This document shows, piece by piece, positions 19,098 to 26,975 of a stretch of 64,000 nt of DNA. The DNA comes from Terriglobia bacterium (lineage in GTDB: Bacteria > Acidobacteriota > Polarisedimenticolia > Polarisedimenticolales > JAIQFR01): assembly GCA_963748015.1 (NCBI GenBank), contig CAVVHE010000004.1, forward strand, positions 1,664,001 to 1,728,000. The letters run 5' to 3'. The translations under genes and the position numbers were made by a program. Numbering within the stretch: position 1 is the first letter of the stretch; each line of letters begins with the position of its first letter. The notes under the pieces are model-generated. The model was not told the DNA's origin and did not search any database. It saw nothing but the letters and a program-made list of their open reading frames with translations.

Positions 19098-19985
19098 GTG
19101 CGGCTCGATGCGGGCATGGTGCGCGCCAGGGCCGATGCGGCGAGTGCGATGCTCTCCCCCTGCACGCTCTGCCCGAGGAAATGCCGCGTCCGCCGCCTCG
19201 AGGGAGAGGTGGGACCGTGCCGGGTCGGGGAGGTCGCCCGCGTGGCCTCGTACGGTCCGCATCACGGGGAAGAGCCTCCCCTCAGCGGGTCGCGCGGGTC
19301 GGGTGCCGTCTTCTTCTCGGGATGCAACCTGCGCTGCCTGTACTGCCAGAACGGCGACATCAGCCGCGAGGCGGTCGGCATGCCGGTCAGCGCCGAGGGG
19401 CTCGCGGCGATCGTGCTCGACCTCGAGGCCCGCGGGTGCCACAACGTCAACTTCGTGAGCCCGACCCACGTGATGGCGCAGATTCTCGCGGGACTCGCGG
19501 AGGCGCGACGAGCGGGGTTCGACCTCCCGGTCGTCTGGAATTGCGGCGGCTACGAGTCCGTGGAGGCGCTGCGCCTGCTCGACGGCGTCGTGGACATCTA
19601 CATGCCGGACTTCAAGTACGGCGAGGAGATCGAGGGGCGCCGCCTCTCGGGAGTCCGCTCGTACCCCGCGCGGGCCCGCGCGGCGACGAGGGAGATGCAC
19701 CGCCAGGTCGGCGACCTCGTGCTCGACGCGAACGGACTCGCGGTGCGGGGCCTGCTGGTGCGCCACCTCGTCCTCCCGGACGGACGGGCGGGGACGGCGA
19801 CCGTCATGCGTTTTCTCGCGAACGAGATCTCGCGCGACACGTACGTCAACCTGATGGACCAGTACCGTCCGGCGGGCGGCGACGGGTCGGCTTTCGGGCT
19901 CGACGGCCGCCCGACCCCGACGGAACTCGAGAAGGCCGCGGAGGCCGCTCGCCGCGCCGGGCTCCACAGGGGCATCCTCCCGTAG
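19098..19985 (+). CDS. Radical SAM protein (PflX-like)
   Basis: CTLCPRKC, HHGEEPPLSG..GSG.VFF.GCNLRCLYCQN (CxxxCxxC), IYMPDFKY and RHLVLP motifs. Confidence 0.9.
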   Translation: MRLDAGMVRARADAASAMLSPCTLCPRKCRVRRLEGEVGPCRVGEVARVASYGPHHGEEPPLSGSRGSGAVFFSGCNLRCLYCQNGDISREAVGMPVSAEGLAAIVLDLEARGCHNVNFVSPTHVMAQILAGLAEARRAGFDLPVVWNCGGYESVEALRLLDGVVDIYMPDFKYGEEIEGRRLSGVRSYPARARAATREMHRQVGDLVLDANGLAVRGLLVRHLVLPDGRAGTATVMRFLANEISRDTYVNLMDQYRPAGGDGSAFGLDGRPTPTELEKAAEAARRAGLHRGILP

Positions 19986-19989
19986 CCTT

Positions 19990-20160
19990 GCGAGTCGGCC
20001 GCTCGCGTTCGAGTTCGACCCGAAGCGGCCCTGTTTTCGCGCGGCCGTTTCTTCCCTGAACGGCCGCGCGAAAACTGGAGCAAGGCGGCGCGGCGACTTG
20101 CGCCGCGCAACGCCGCAGCGTGCCGCGCGGGTCGAACTCGAACGCGAGCGGCCGACTCGC
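19990..20160. repeat. Structured intergenic repeat, copy 1
   Basis: Perfect 33-bp outer IR (19990-20022 / 20128-20160) and 17-bp inner stem (20033-20049 / 20059-20075); 40-nt core 20077-20116 identical to copy 2. Confidence 0.9.
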
Positions 20161-20174
20161 CGCCTCGAAGACAC

Positions 20175-22775
20175 CTACCGATACGCGGCGAGGTCCTCTT
20201 CGGTCAGGCTCCGGACCCGCTCGAGGAACGACGCCTGGCGCTCCTCGTCGAGAACGATCCGGTCGGCTTCCTCGACGAGCAGCCCCTCGAACAGCGCCCG
20301 CTTCCCTTCGATGACCTTCCGGACGCGCTCCTCGATCGCGCCGCGGGTCACGAAGTGCAGCACCTGCACGCTCGCGCGCTGACCGAGCCGGTGGACCCGC
20401 GAGATCCGCTGCTCGAGGACCGCCGGATTCCATGGCACCTCGAGGTTGACGACGACGGACGCCGCGTCCTGGAGGTTGAGCCCCAGCCCGCCGGCGTCGG
20501 TGGAGAAGAGCACGCGGAGGTCGTTCTCGGAGCGGAATGCGTCCAGCATGCGAGTTCGCGCGCCGGAATCGAGGCCTCCGTGGAAGACCTCGGCCCTCTC
20601 TCCCCGCCGCTCCAGCAGCTCCCGGACGACGAAGTGCGCGAGGCGCAGCATCCGCTCCCACTGGCTGAACACGACCACCTTGGCGTCGGACTGCTCGAGC
20701 AGGTCCTCGAGCACGCGGGCGAACTCCTCCAGCTTGGGCGACTGGAGCGCCTTCAGGTCCTCCCGCGTCGCGATCCGTCCTGAGGCGAGCCTCCGACCCG
20801 TCCGCTCCCACGCGTACTGCCCGAGAGCGTTGCACAGGATACGCATGCTCGTGAGCGCCTGGAGGAGCACCCGCACCTCGCTCGGGCGGAGCGGCCGGTT
20901 CCTTCCCACGAGCATGGCGACGCGGGCCGCCTCGCGGCGATACGGGCGCCACTGCGACGGCGCCAGCTCCGTCCAGAAGGTGTGGTCGATCCGCGGCGGA
21001 AGCTGGTCGAGCACCGCGTTGCGCTCGCGCCGGATGAACAGCCCCGAGAGCCGGCTCCGCAGGAGGTCGAACCCCTCGTACGCCACCACCCTGCCGGTCG
21101 CGTCGGTCACGACGTGGAGGGGGATCAGCCTCCATCGCGGCCCGAGCACCCGGGGATGCAGGAACTCGACCAGCGAGTGGAGCTCGCCCAGGCGATTCTC
21201 GAGGGGAGTTCCCGTGAGGATGAACGCGTAGGGGCTCTCGAGCCGCTTCACCGCTTTTGCGGTCTTCGTGTCCCAGTTCTTGATCCGCTGCGCCTCGTCG
21301 AGGATCACGACGTCCGGACGAGCGGTGCGGATCGCGTCGAGGTCTCTCAGGACCAGCTCGTAGTTCAGGACGAGGAAACCCTCCCGCCACTCGCGGTACG
21401 CCTCGAGGCGCGAGTCGTGGCTGCCGTCCAGGACCGTCGCGCGCTCGCCGCACGCGCGCTCGATCTCCTGCTGCCACTGGTGCTTGAGCGAGGCCGGACA
21501 GACCACGAGCGCCCGGGCGGCCCCGGCGGCCTTCCGGAGAAGCAGCGTCGCCGCGATGGCCTGCACGGTCTTGCCGAGCCCCATGTCGTCCGCCAGGAAC
21601 GCCCTCCCGCGCCGCGCCAGAAAGGCGACGCCGTCCTCCTGGTAGGCGTGGAGCTTGAGGCCGAGCGCCGGCACGACCTCACGCCAGACCTCGCCGCCGC
21701 GCGAGGCGGCCTCGAGCTGCTTCGATGCGGCGGCGTTCTCCTCCGCCTCGCGGAGCCGTGCCTCGACGGCGGGATCGAGGTCGAGCACGAGACCCCGTGC
21801 CGCGGCCGACGCTCGCGCGGCCTGCACCGCGGCGCGCACCCACTCCAAGGTGAGGGAATCGGACGGCGTCTCGCGAAGCCAGCCGTCCTCGCCGTAGTAC
21901 GACGCGATCTCCTCCGGCAGGGGGCCGTCGGGAACGTCCGCGCGGACCTCGCGCAGCGGGTCCGGCGGCGCAGAAGGCCACTCGCGGGGCTTCCACCAGA
22001 CGGAGAGGACGCGCGTCGGGTATCGCTTCCGCTTGCGGGAGAACCACCCCCGCACCCTCTCGACGTGCTTGCAGACCCCCAGCTCGTTCTTCGCGAAGTC
22101 CGGGCACGTGCACGAAGGAAGCGACCCCTTCGCGCCGCGGAGCACCACCACGTAAGGCGCGCCCGGCTCCCGGCCCGCGACGAGAAACCGAGGCGGACCT
22201 CCCTTCCCCGAGATCCTGCGGATGTGCGCGCGCTCGCGGCGCGCCCGCTTCCGCCGCGCGGCGATCTCCTCCTCGCGTCCCTGCCCGATCCGCTCCTCCG
22301 CGGTCGGTGCCCAGTCGGCGACGCCGGATACCAGCGTTCCCGCGGGTAGCTTCGCTGGCGTCAGGATCCGGCCCCGGCCGCGCGCAATCCGCCCGCCGCG
22401 CTTCGGCGCCCTGGTCTTCCCCGATCTCGCGCCGGGGGCGAATCGCGGGAACCTCAGGGCCTCCACCGCCGCCACCGCGTGCTTGCAGACGGGCCCCCAG
22501 TCGAACGGGCACGTGCAGCGGCTGACGAGGAGGCCGCCGGCCGCCGCGACCTCGACCAGGTAGGGCGTGGGACCGGAGTCCTTGACGCGCGCTTCTAGGA
22601 ACCGGCCGTCGGGGCCGAGGCGGAGCGACTGGACCCGGCCGAGGAGCGCGGTCTCGCGGCCGCTGCGCGCGATGCGCGCGCCCGCCCACTTCTCGAGGTC
22701 CGCGGAGATCAGCGCCGGATCGGCGCCCGCGGGGGGCAGCAGCCGCTTCGCGCGCTTCGTGGTCTTCCGGGCCAA
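20175..22775 (-). CDS. SNF2-family helicase with two SWIM zinc fingers
   Basis: CTCPFDWGPVCKH and CTCPDFAKNELGVCKH; LADDMGLGKT, DEAQRIKN, LTGTPLEN, STDAGGLGLNLQ and PWNPAVLEQRISR; TTG start with GGAG RBS. Confidence 0.92.
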   Translation of the reverse strand: MARKTTKRAKRLLPPAGADPALISADLEKWAGARIARSGRETALLGRVQSLRLGPDGRFLEARVKDSGPTPYLVEVAAAGGLLVSRCTCPFDWGPVCKHAVAAVEALRFPRFAPGARSGKTRAPKRGGRIARGRGRILTPAKLPAGTLVSGVADWAPTAEERIGQGREEEIAARRKRARRERAHIRRISGKGGPPRFLVAGREPGAPYVVVLRGAKGSLPSCTCPDFAKNELGVCKHVERVRGWFSRKRKRYPTRVLSVWWKPREWPSAPPDPLREVRADVPDGPLPEEIASYYGEDGWLRETPSDSLTLEWVRAAVQAARASAAARGLVLDLDPAVEARLREAEENAAASKQLEAASRGGEVWREVVPALGLKLHAYQEDGVAFLARRGRAFLADDMGLGKTVQAIAATLLLRKAAGAARALVVCPASLKHQWQQEIERACGERATVLDGSHDSRLEAYREWREGFLVLNYELVLRDLDAIRTARPDVVILDEAQRIKNWDTKTAKAVKRLESPYAFILTGTPLENRLGELHSLVEFLHPRVLGPRWRLIPLHVVTDATGRVVAYEGFDLLRSRLSGLFIRRERNAVLDQLPPRIDHTFWTELAPSQWRPYRREAARVAMLVGRNRPLRPSEVRVLLQALTSMRILCNALGQYAWERTGRRLASGRIATREDLKALQSPKLEEFARVLEDLLEQSDAKVVVFSQWERMLRLAHFVVRELLERRGERAEVFHGGLDSGARTRMLDAFRSENDLRVLFSTDAGGLGLNLQDAASVVVNLEVPWNPAVLEQRISRVHRLGQRASVQVLHFVTRGAIEERVRKVIEGKRALFEGLLVEEADRIVLDEERQASFLERVRSLTEEDLAAYR

Positions 22776-22953
22776 GGCGCTCCTCTCCGCACCCGCGAGG
22801 CCCCGTCGGCCGAAAGCCGCGGAGCAAACTCCACAGTTTGTCCCATTCCGCCCGTTTCGCGCAAACCGCGCCGTGCGGGCCGGTTCCCGTTCGGGTTATC
22901 CTGGGGCGCGCCGGCGCGGTCCCGTCCTCGCGCCGCGCGGGAAGGAGCGTGTC

Positions 22954-23790
22954 ATGAACGAGGTTCGGATCGGCGACGTGGTGATCGGCGACGGCAGGCC
23001 GCTCACGCTGATCTCCGGCCCCTGCGTCCTGGAGGACGTGGATCTCGCCCTCAAGATCGCGGAGACGCTGAAGAAGGAGACCGCGAAGCGCGGGTTCCAG
23101 CTCATCTTCAAGGCGTCCTACGAGAAGGACAACCGCGGGAAGCCCACGGGCTACGGCGGCCCCGGCCTCGAGAAGGGCTTGGAGTTCCTCGCCCGGATCC
23201 GGCGAGAGGCCGGCGTTCCCGTTCTCTCCGACGTGCACCGCGAGACCGACGTGGCCGCCGCGGCGGAAGTGCTCGACGTCCTGCAGATCCCGGCGTTCCT
23301 CTGCCAGCAGACGAGCTTGGTGCTGAAGGTCGGGGAGGCCGGCAAACCGGTCAACGTGAAGAAGGGGCAGTTCCTCGCCCCGGAGGACATGAAGAGCGCG
23401 GTCGAGAAGCTCCACCACACCGGGAACAAGCAGGTCCTCCTCACCGACCGCGGCACCTCTTTCGGATACCACCGGCTGGTCTTCGACGTCCGCGGCGTCG
23501 AGATCATGAAGTCGCTCGGATGCCCGGTCGTGGTGGACCCGACCCACATGGTCCGGATCTACGGGCGCCCGAGCAGCGATCCCGCCGGCGGCGAGCCGCA
23601 GTTCGCGCACGTCCTCGCGCGGGCGGGCGTCGCCGCGGGGGCCAACGCGCTGTTCATCGAGACGCACCCGCAGCCGTTCAAGGCCGCCTGCGACGCCGCG
23701 AGCATGATCCGGCTCGGCGACCAGCTCCCGGAGCTCCTCGACCAGGTCCGCCCGATCGCCGAGGCCGTCCGCGAGCGCGGCCTCGCCTGA
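22954..23790 (+). CDS. kdsA: KDO8P synthase-like protein (divergent)
   Basis: GPCVLE, QIPAFLC, VNVKKGQFLAP, RGTSFGY and FIETHP motifs; the canonical KANRS motif appears as KDNRG. Confidence 0.85.
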   Translation: MNEVRIGDVVIGDGRPLTLISGPCVLEDVDLALKIAETLKKETAKRGFQLIFKASYEKDNRGKPTGYGGPGLEKGLEFLARIRREAGVPVLSDVHRETDVAAAAEVLDVLQIPAFLCQQTSLVLKVGEAGKPVNVKKGQFLAPEDMKSAVEKLHHTGNKQVLLTDRGTSFGYHRLVFDVRGVEIMKSLGCPVVVDPTHMVRIYGRPSSDPAGGEPQFAHVLARAGVAAGANALFIETHPQPFKAACDAASMIRLGDQLPELLDQVRPIAEAVRERGLA

Positions 23791-23805
23791 GGAGTAGGCG
23801 CGCTC

Positions 23806-23960
23806 GGGGTCCGCGTTCGAGTCCGCCCCGAAGCGGCCCTCTTTTCGAGCGGCCGTTTCTTCCGTTAACGGCCGCTCGAAAAGCGGAGCAAGGCGGCGCG
23901 GCGACTTGCGCCGCGCAACGCCGCCGCGTGCCGCGCGGGGCGGACTCGGACGCGGACCCC
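23806..23960. repeat. Structured intergenic repeat, copy 2
   Basis: 25-bp outer IR (23806-23830 / 23936-23960, one T-G pair), 17-bp inner stem (23841-23857 / 23867-23883), core 23885-23924. Confidence 0.9.
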
Positions 23961-23973
23961 TGGCTCGCGACGC

Positions 23974-26046
23974 CTATGCCGGCACGCCGACGCGGTTACG
24001 ACCGTCGGCCTTCGCGCGGTAGAGCGCCAGGTCGGCGGCGCGCAGGATGGCGTCGGCCGTCGCGCCATGCAGCGGGTAGGAGGCGACGCCGAGAGAGACG
24101 GTGATCGAGTCCAGGACCCGTTCGCGGTGCTGCACGCGGAGCATTCTGACCGCTTCCCGCAGCCTCTCCGCTCGCGCCCGCGTCCCCTCGAGCGACGCGC
24201 CGGGCAGGATCAGCACGAACTCCTCGCCGCCGTAGCGGCACGCCACGTCCCCCTGCCGCAGCTGCGACGCCAGCCAGCCTCCGAGCTCGCGGAGCAGGGC
24301 GTCGCCGGCCTCGTGGCCGTACCGGTCGTTGTAGGGCTTGAAATGATCCACGTCGAGCATGACGATCGAGAGGCTCCCTCCCCGCCTCGACGCGCCGTGG
24401 ATCTCGCGCGCGAGGGTCTCCTCCATGTAGCGGCGGTTGAACAGGCCGGTCAGCGCGTCCCGGACCGACTGCTCCCGCAGCGTGTCCTGGAGCCTCAGGT
24501 TCGCGATCGCGAGCGCCAGGCGCTCCGCGACGATCTCGGCGAGGCCGTGCGGGCTCTCCGGCCCCGTCTCGCGTCCGAAGTCCGCGCCCGTCTCGCCCCC
24601 GGCCAGGGTGAGAACGCCCAGCGTCTCCACCTGCGCGGTCAGCGGGATGCAGAGCGACGTTCCCCACCCGCCGGAGAAGAGGTGCGAGCAGGCCGGGGTC
24701 GAGCCGTCGCTCCGCGAGATGTGGCTTCTCCCGCGGCGGAGGGACCAGCAATCCTGGGCGTCCACGAGGCGCTCCTTGCCGGGATCGAACGCGGGGCTTC
24801 CCCAGAACGCCGTCGCGTCGAGCAGCGTCCGCTCGGCGTTCATGACGAGGATCGCGCCGCGGCTTCCGGGAAAGAGCCCCTCGAGAAGCCGGGGAGCGAC
24901 GTCGAATGCCTCCTGCAGCGTCCGGCAGGAGTGCAGCAGGTCCCCCATCTCCCGCAGGAGCGCCTGCTCGCGCCCGCGCCGCTCGAGGCGCTCCGCCATC
25001 GTGTTGAACGCGCGCGCGAGCCTCCCCACCTCGTCGTCGCGCTCCACCGGGACGCGCTGGGTGAGGTCGCCGGCGGCCAGCCCCTGCGCCGCGCGGCCGA
25101 TCGCCGCGACCGCGTTGGCGATCCCCACCGACGAGGCGAGCATCCCCCACAGCGCGAGGGCCAGCGCGACGAACGGCCCGATCAGCGCCACGGCCTTCCC
25201 GATCCGCACCGCCCACGCGACCCGCCGGACCTGCCCCTCGATGAACGCCTTCTCCCCCTCGATGAACTCGGAGGCGGCCGCGGTCAGCTCGTCCGCGAGC
25301 TTCCTGCCCTTGCCCGAGGCGACGAGATCCCTGCTCCGCGAGTCCGCGGACCGGTTGCCCTCCGCCTCCTCGCGAAGGATCGCTTCCACCTCCCGCACCT
25401 GACCTTCCGTGACGGGACCGCCGCCTCGCCCGCTTCCGAGCCGGTCGAGCAGCCCCATCGCCCGCTTCCACTGCTCCCGGTCCTCCGGGTCCACCTCTTC
25501 CGCCGCCGCCGCGCGGACGAGACTCCGGACCTCGTCCAGCTTCCGCCGCGCCGGGAGGGCGTCGGCTCCGCCCCGCTGCAGCTCCCGCGCGAAGCTCACG
25601 ATTCCGAGGTAGGCCTGTTGCGATGCGTCGCTCACGCGGGGAGGGGTCGAGCGCCGCGCGCCGATCGCCGGGATGGCCACCTCGGTCCGCCACTTCTCGA
25701 AGAGGCGGGCCATCTCCTCCACGCGGCGCCGCTGGTCCGGCCTCCGCTCCGTCATGCGTTCCAGCGCGGCGGCCGCCGGCCCGAACGCATCGGCGCCTCG
25801 CAGGAACGCGTCGAGGAACGCGGGGGAGCCGGTCAGGATGTAGGCATGCTGGCCCGACTCCGCGTCGGCCGCCGTTCTCGAGAGGGCTCGCATGCGATCC
25901 ACGACGTCGTCGGTCTCGGCGATCGTTCGCGTTGCGGTGGCGCTGGCGACGAGGCAGCCGTAGAGGATCGCCCACGCCACGATCACGACGACGAGCGGCG
26001 CCGCGAAACCGAGGAGGATCCTCCCCCGCAAGGTCAGGGGGCGCAC
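23974..26046 (-). CDS. Membrane diguanylate cyclase (CHASE3-like, HAMP, GAF, GGDEF)
   Basis: DAESGQHAYILTG (CHASE3-like), RDDEVGRLARAFNTM (HAMP), CWSLRRG (GAF), DALTGLFNRR, DVDHFK.YND, RQGD I-site and GGEEF; GGAGG RBS before GTG 26046. Confidence 0.92.
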   Translation of the reverse strand: MRPLTLRGRILLGFAAPLVVVIVAWAILYGCLVASATATRTIAETDDVVDRMRALSRTAADAESGQHAYILTGSPAFLDAFLRGADAFGPAAAALERMTERRPDQRRRVEEMARLFEKWRTEVAIPAIGARRSTPPRVSDASQQAYLGIVSFARELQRGGADALPARRKLDEVRSLVRAAAAEEVDPEDREQWKRAMGLLDRLGSGRGGGPVTEGQVREVEAILREEAEGNRSADSRSRDLVASGKGRKLADELTAAASEFIEGEKAFIEGQVRRVAWAVRIGKAVALIGPFVALALALWGMLASSVGIANAVAAIGRAAQGLAAGDLTQRVPVERDDEVGRLARAFNTMAERLERRGREQALLREMGDLLHSCRTLQEAFDVAPRLLEGLFPGSRGAILVMNAERTLLDATAFWGSPAFDPGKERLVDAQDCWSLRRGRSHISRSDGSTPACSHLFSGGWGTSLCIPLTAQVETLGVLTLAGGETGADFGRETGPESPHGLAEIVAERLALAIANLRLQDTLREQSVRDALTGLFNRRYMEETLAREIHGASRRGGSLSIVMLDVDHFKPYNDRYGHEAGDALLRELGGWLASQLRQGDVACRYGGEEFVLILPGASLEGTRARAERLREAVRMLRVQHRERVLDSITVSLGVASYPLHGATADAILRAADLALYRAKADGRNRVGVPA

Positions 26047-26969
26047 GGTGCCTCCTCGGCGTCCGCGCGCGGCAGCGCCGGGCTCGCGTCCTCCGCGGGA
26101 CGTGGCACCGCGGCGGACGGCGCGACGCTCTCCGCGTAGGCGATCCTCGCGCGAATCTCGACCGCGTGCAGCCACGCGGCGCCGAACCACCCCGCCTGCG
26201 CCGCCGCGGCGGCGACCCATCCCCCTTCTCCCGCCACCCGCGCGAGCGCGAGACCGGCCACGGCCGACAGAGCCTGGAGCGAGACGAACGCCGCTCCGAT
26301 CCCGAGGGTGGCGGCGAGACGCCGCCAGCACAGCGCGAGCGACCGGCCGAAGCCGGGCAGAAGGCGCTCGTCCGGCCGGGCCTCGCGGCAGGCCAGCGCG
26401 AACCCCACCACGCTCCGCGCGTGGAGCGCGGCGAACAGCAGCACGGCCGCGCGGGCCGCGACGGCGGCCCAGAACGCCCAGCGCCCCTCGACCGCCCTGG
26501 CCCCCGCCGAGATCCCGGCAAGGACGCCGATCGCGATCGCACCGGTCGCCACGGCGTAGACGGCGCTTAGCGCCGACAGGACCACGAAGACCCGGAATCG
26601 CTTCGCGCCGGCGATCCAGAACCGGCTCCACGGGCGCTCCGGCCGCTCGGCGGCGAGTCCGTAGGCGCCTCCCGCGAGGATCACGGCGAGTGGCAGGAAG
26701 ACGAGGAGCAGCGGGAGGACGCCGGCGAGCGCCGCGGGCCAGAGGGCCGGCGACGTGCGGCCCAGCTCGGCGATCACCTCGATGCCGCCGTCCGCGATCA
26801 GCCGCCGCGCGCCGGGCTGGCCGTCGAGCGCTTCGTGGACCGCGGAGGAAAACGGCGCCGCCGCGACCCAGGCGAACGCGAGCGCCGCGCCGTAGAGGTG
26901 GAGCGCGACGGGCAGCAGGGAGCGGCCCCGCCCGAAACCGTCCGCGACCGCCCGCAAGAAGAGTCTCAT
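26034..26969 (-). CDS. Hypothetical integral membrane protein
   Basis: Several hydrophobic helices; RBS; sits in an operon between the M1 peptidase and the cyclase. Confidence 0.7.
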   Translation of the reverse strand: MRLFLRAVADGFGRGRSLLPVALHLYGAALAFAWVAAAPFSSAVHEALDGQPGARRLIADGGIEVIAELGRTSPALWPAALAGVLPLLLVFLPLAVILAGGAYGLAAERPERPWSRFWIAGAKRFRVFVVLSALSAVYAVATGAIAIGVLAGISAGARAVEGRWAFWAAVAARAAVLLFAALHARSVVGFALACREARPDERLLPGFGRSLALCWRRLAATLGIGAAFVSLQALSAVAGLALARVAGEGGWVAAAAAQAGWFGAAWLHAVEIRARIAYAESVAPSAAVPRPAEDASPALPRADAEEAPCAP

Positions 26970-26975
26970 CCCTCC

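Noticed and set aside
19990..20160. Repeat as a CRISPR array, hammerhead ribozyme or intrinsic terminator
   Set aside because: Only two dispersed copies with no spacers or cas genes; no CUGANGA core; no U-tract after the outer stem
20175..22775. SNF2 helicase as an anti-phage defence system
   Set aside because: No methylase, nuclease or other defence partner nearby; stand-alone SWIM-SNF2 proteins are common.
23810..23830. GTTCGAGTCC resembles a tRNA T-loop
   Set aside because: The flanks do not form a T-stem and there is no cloverleaf; it is one arm of the repeat's outer stem.
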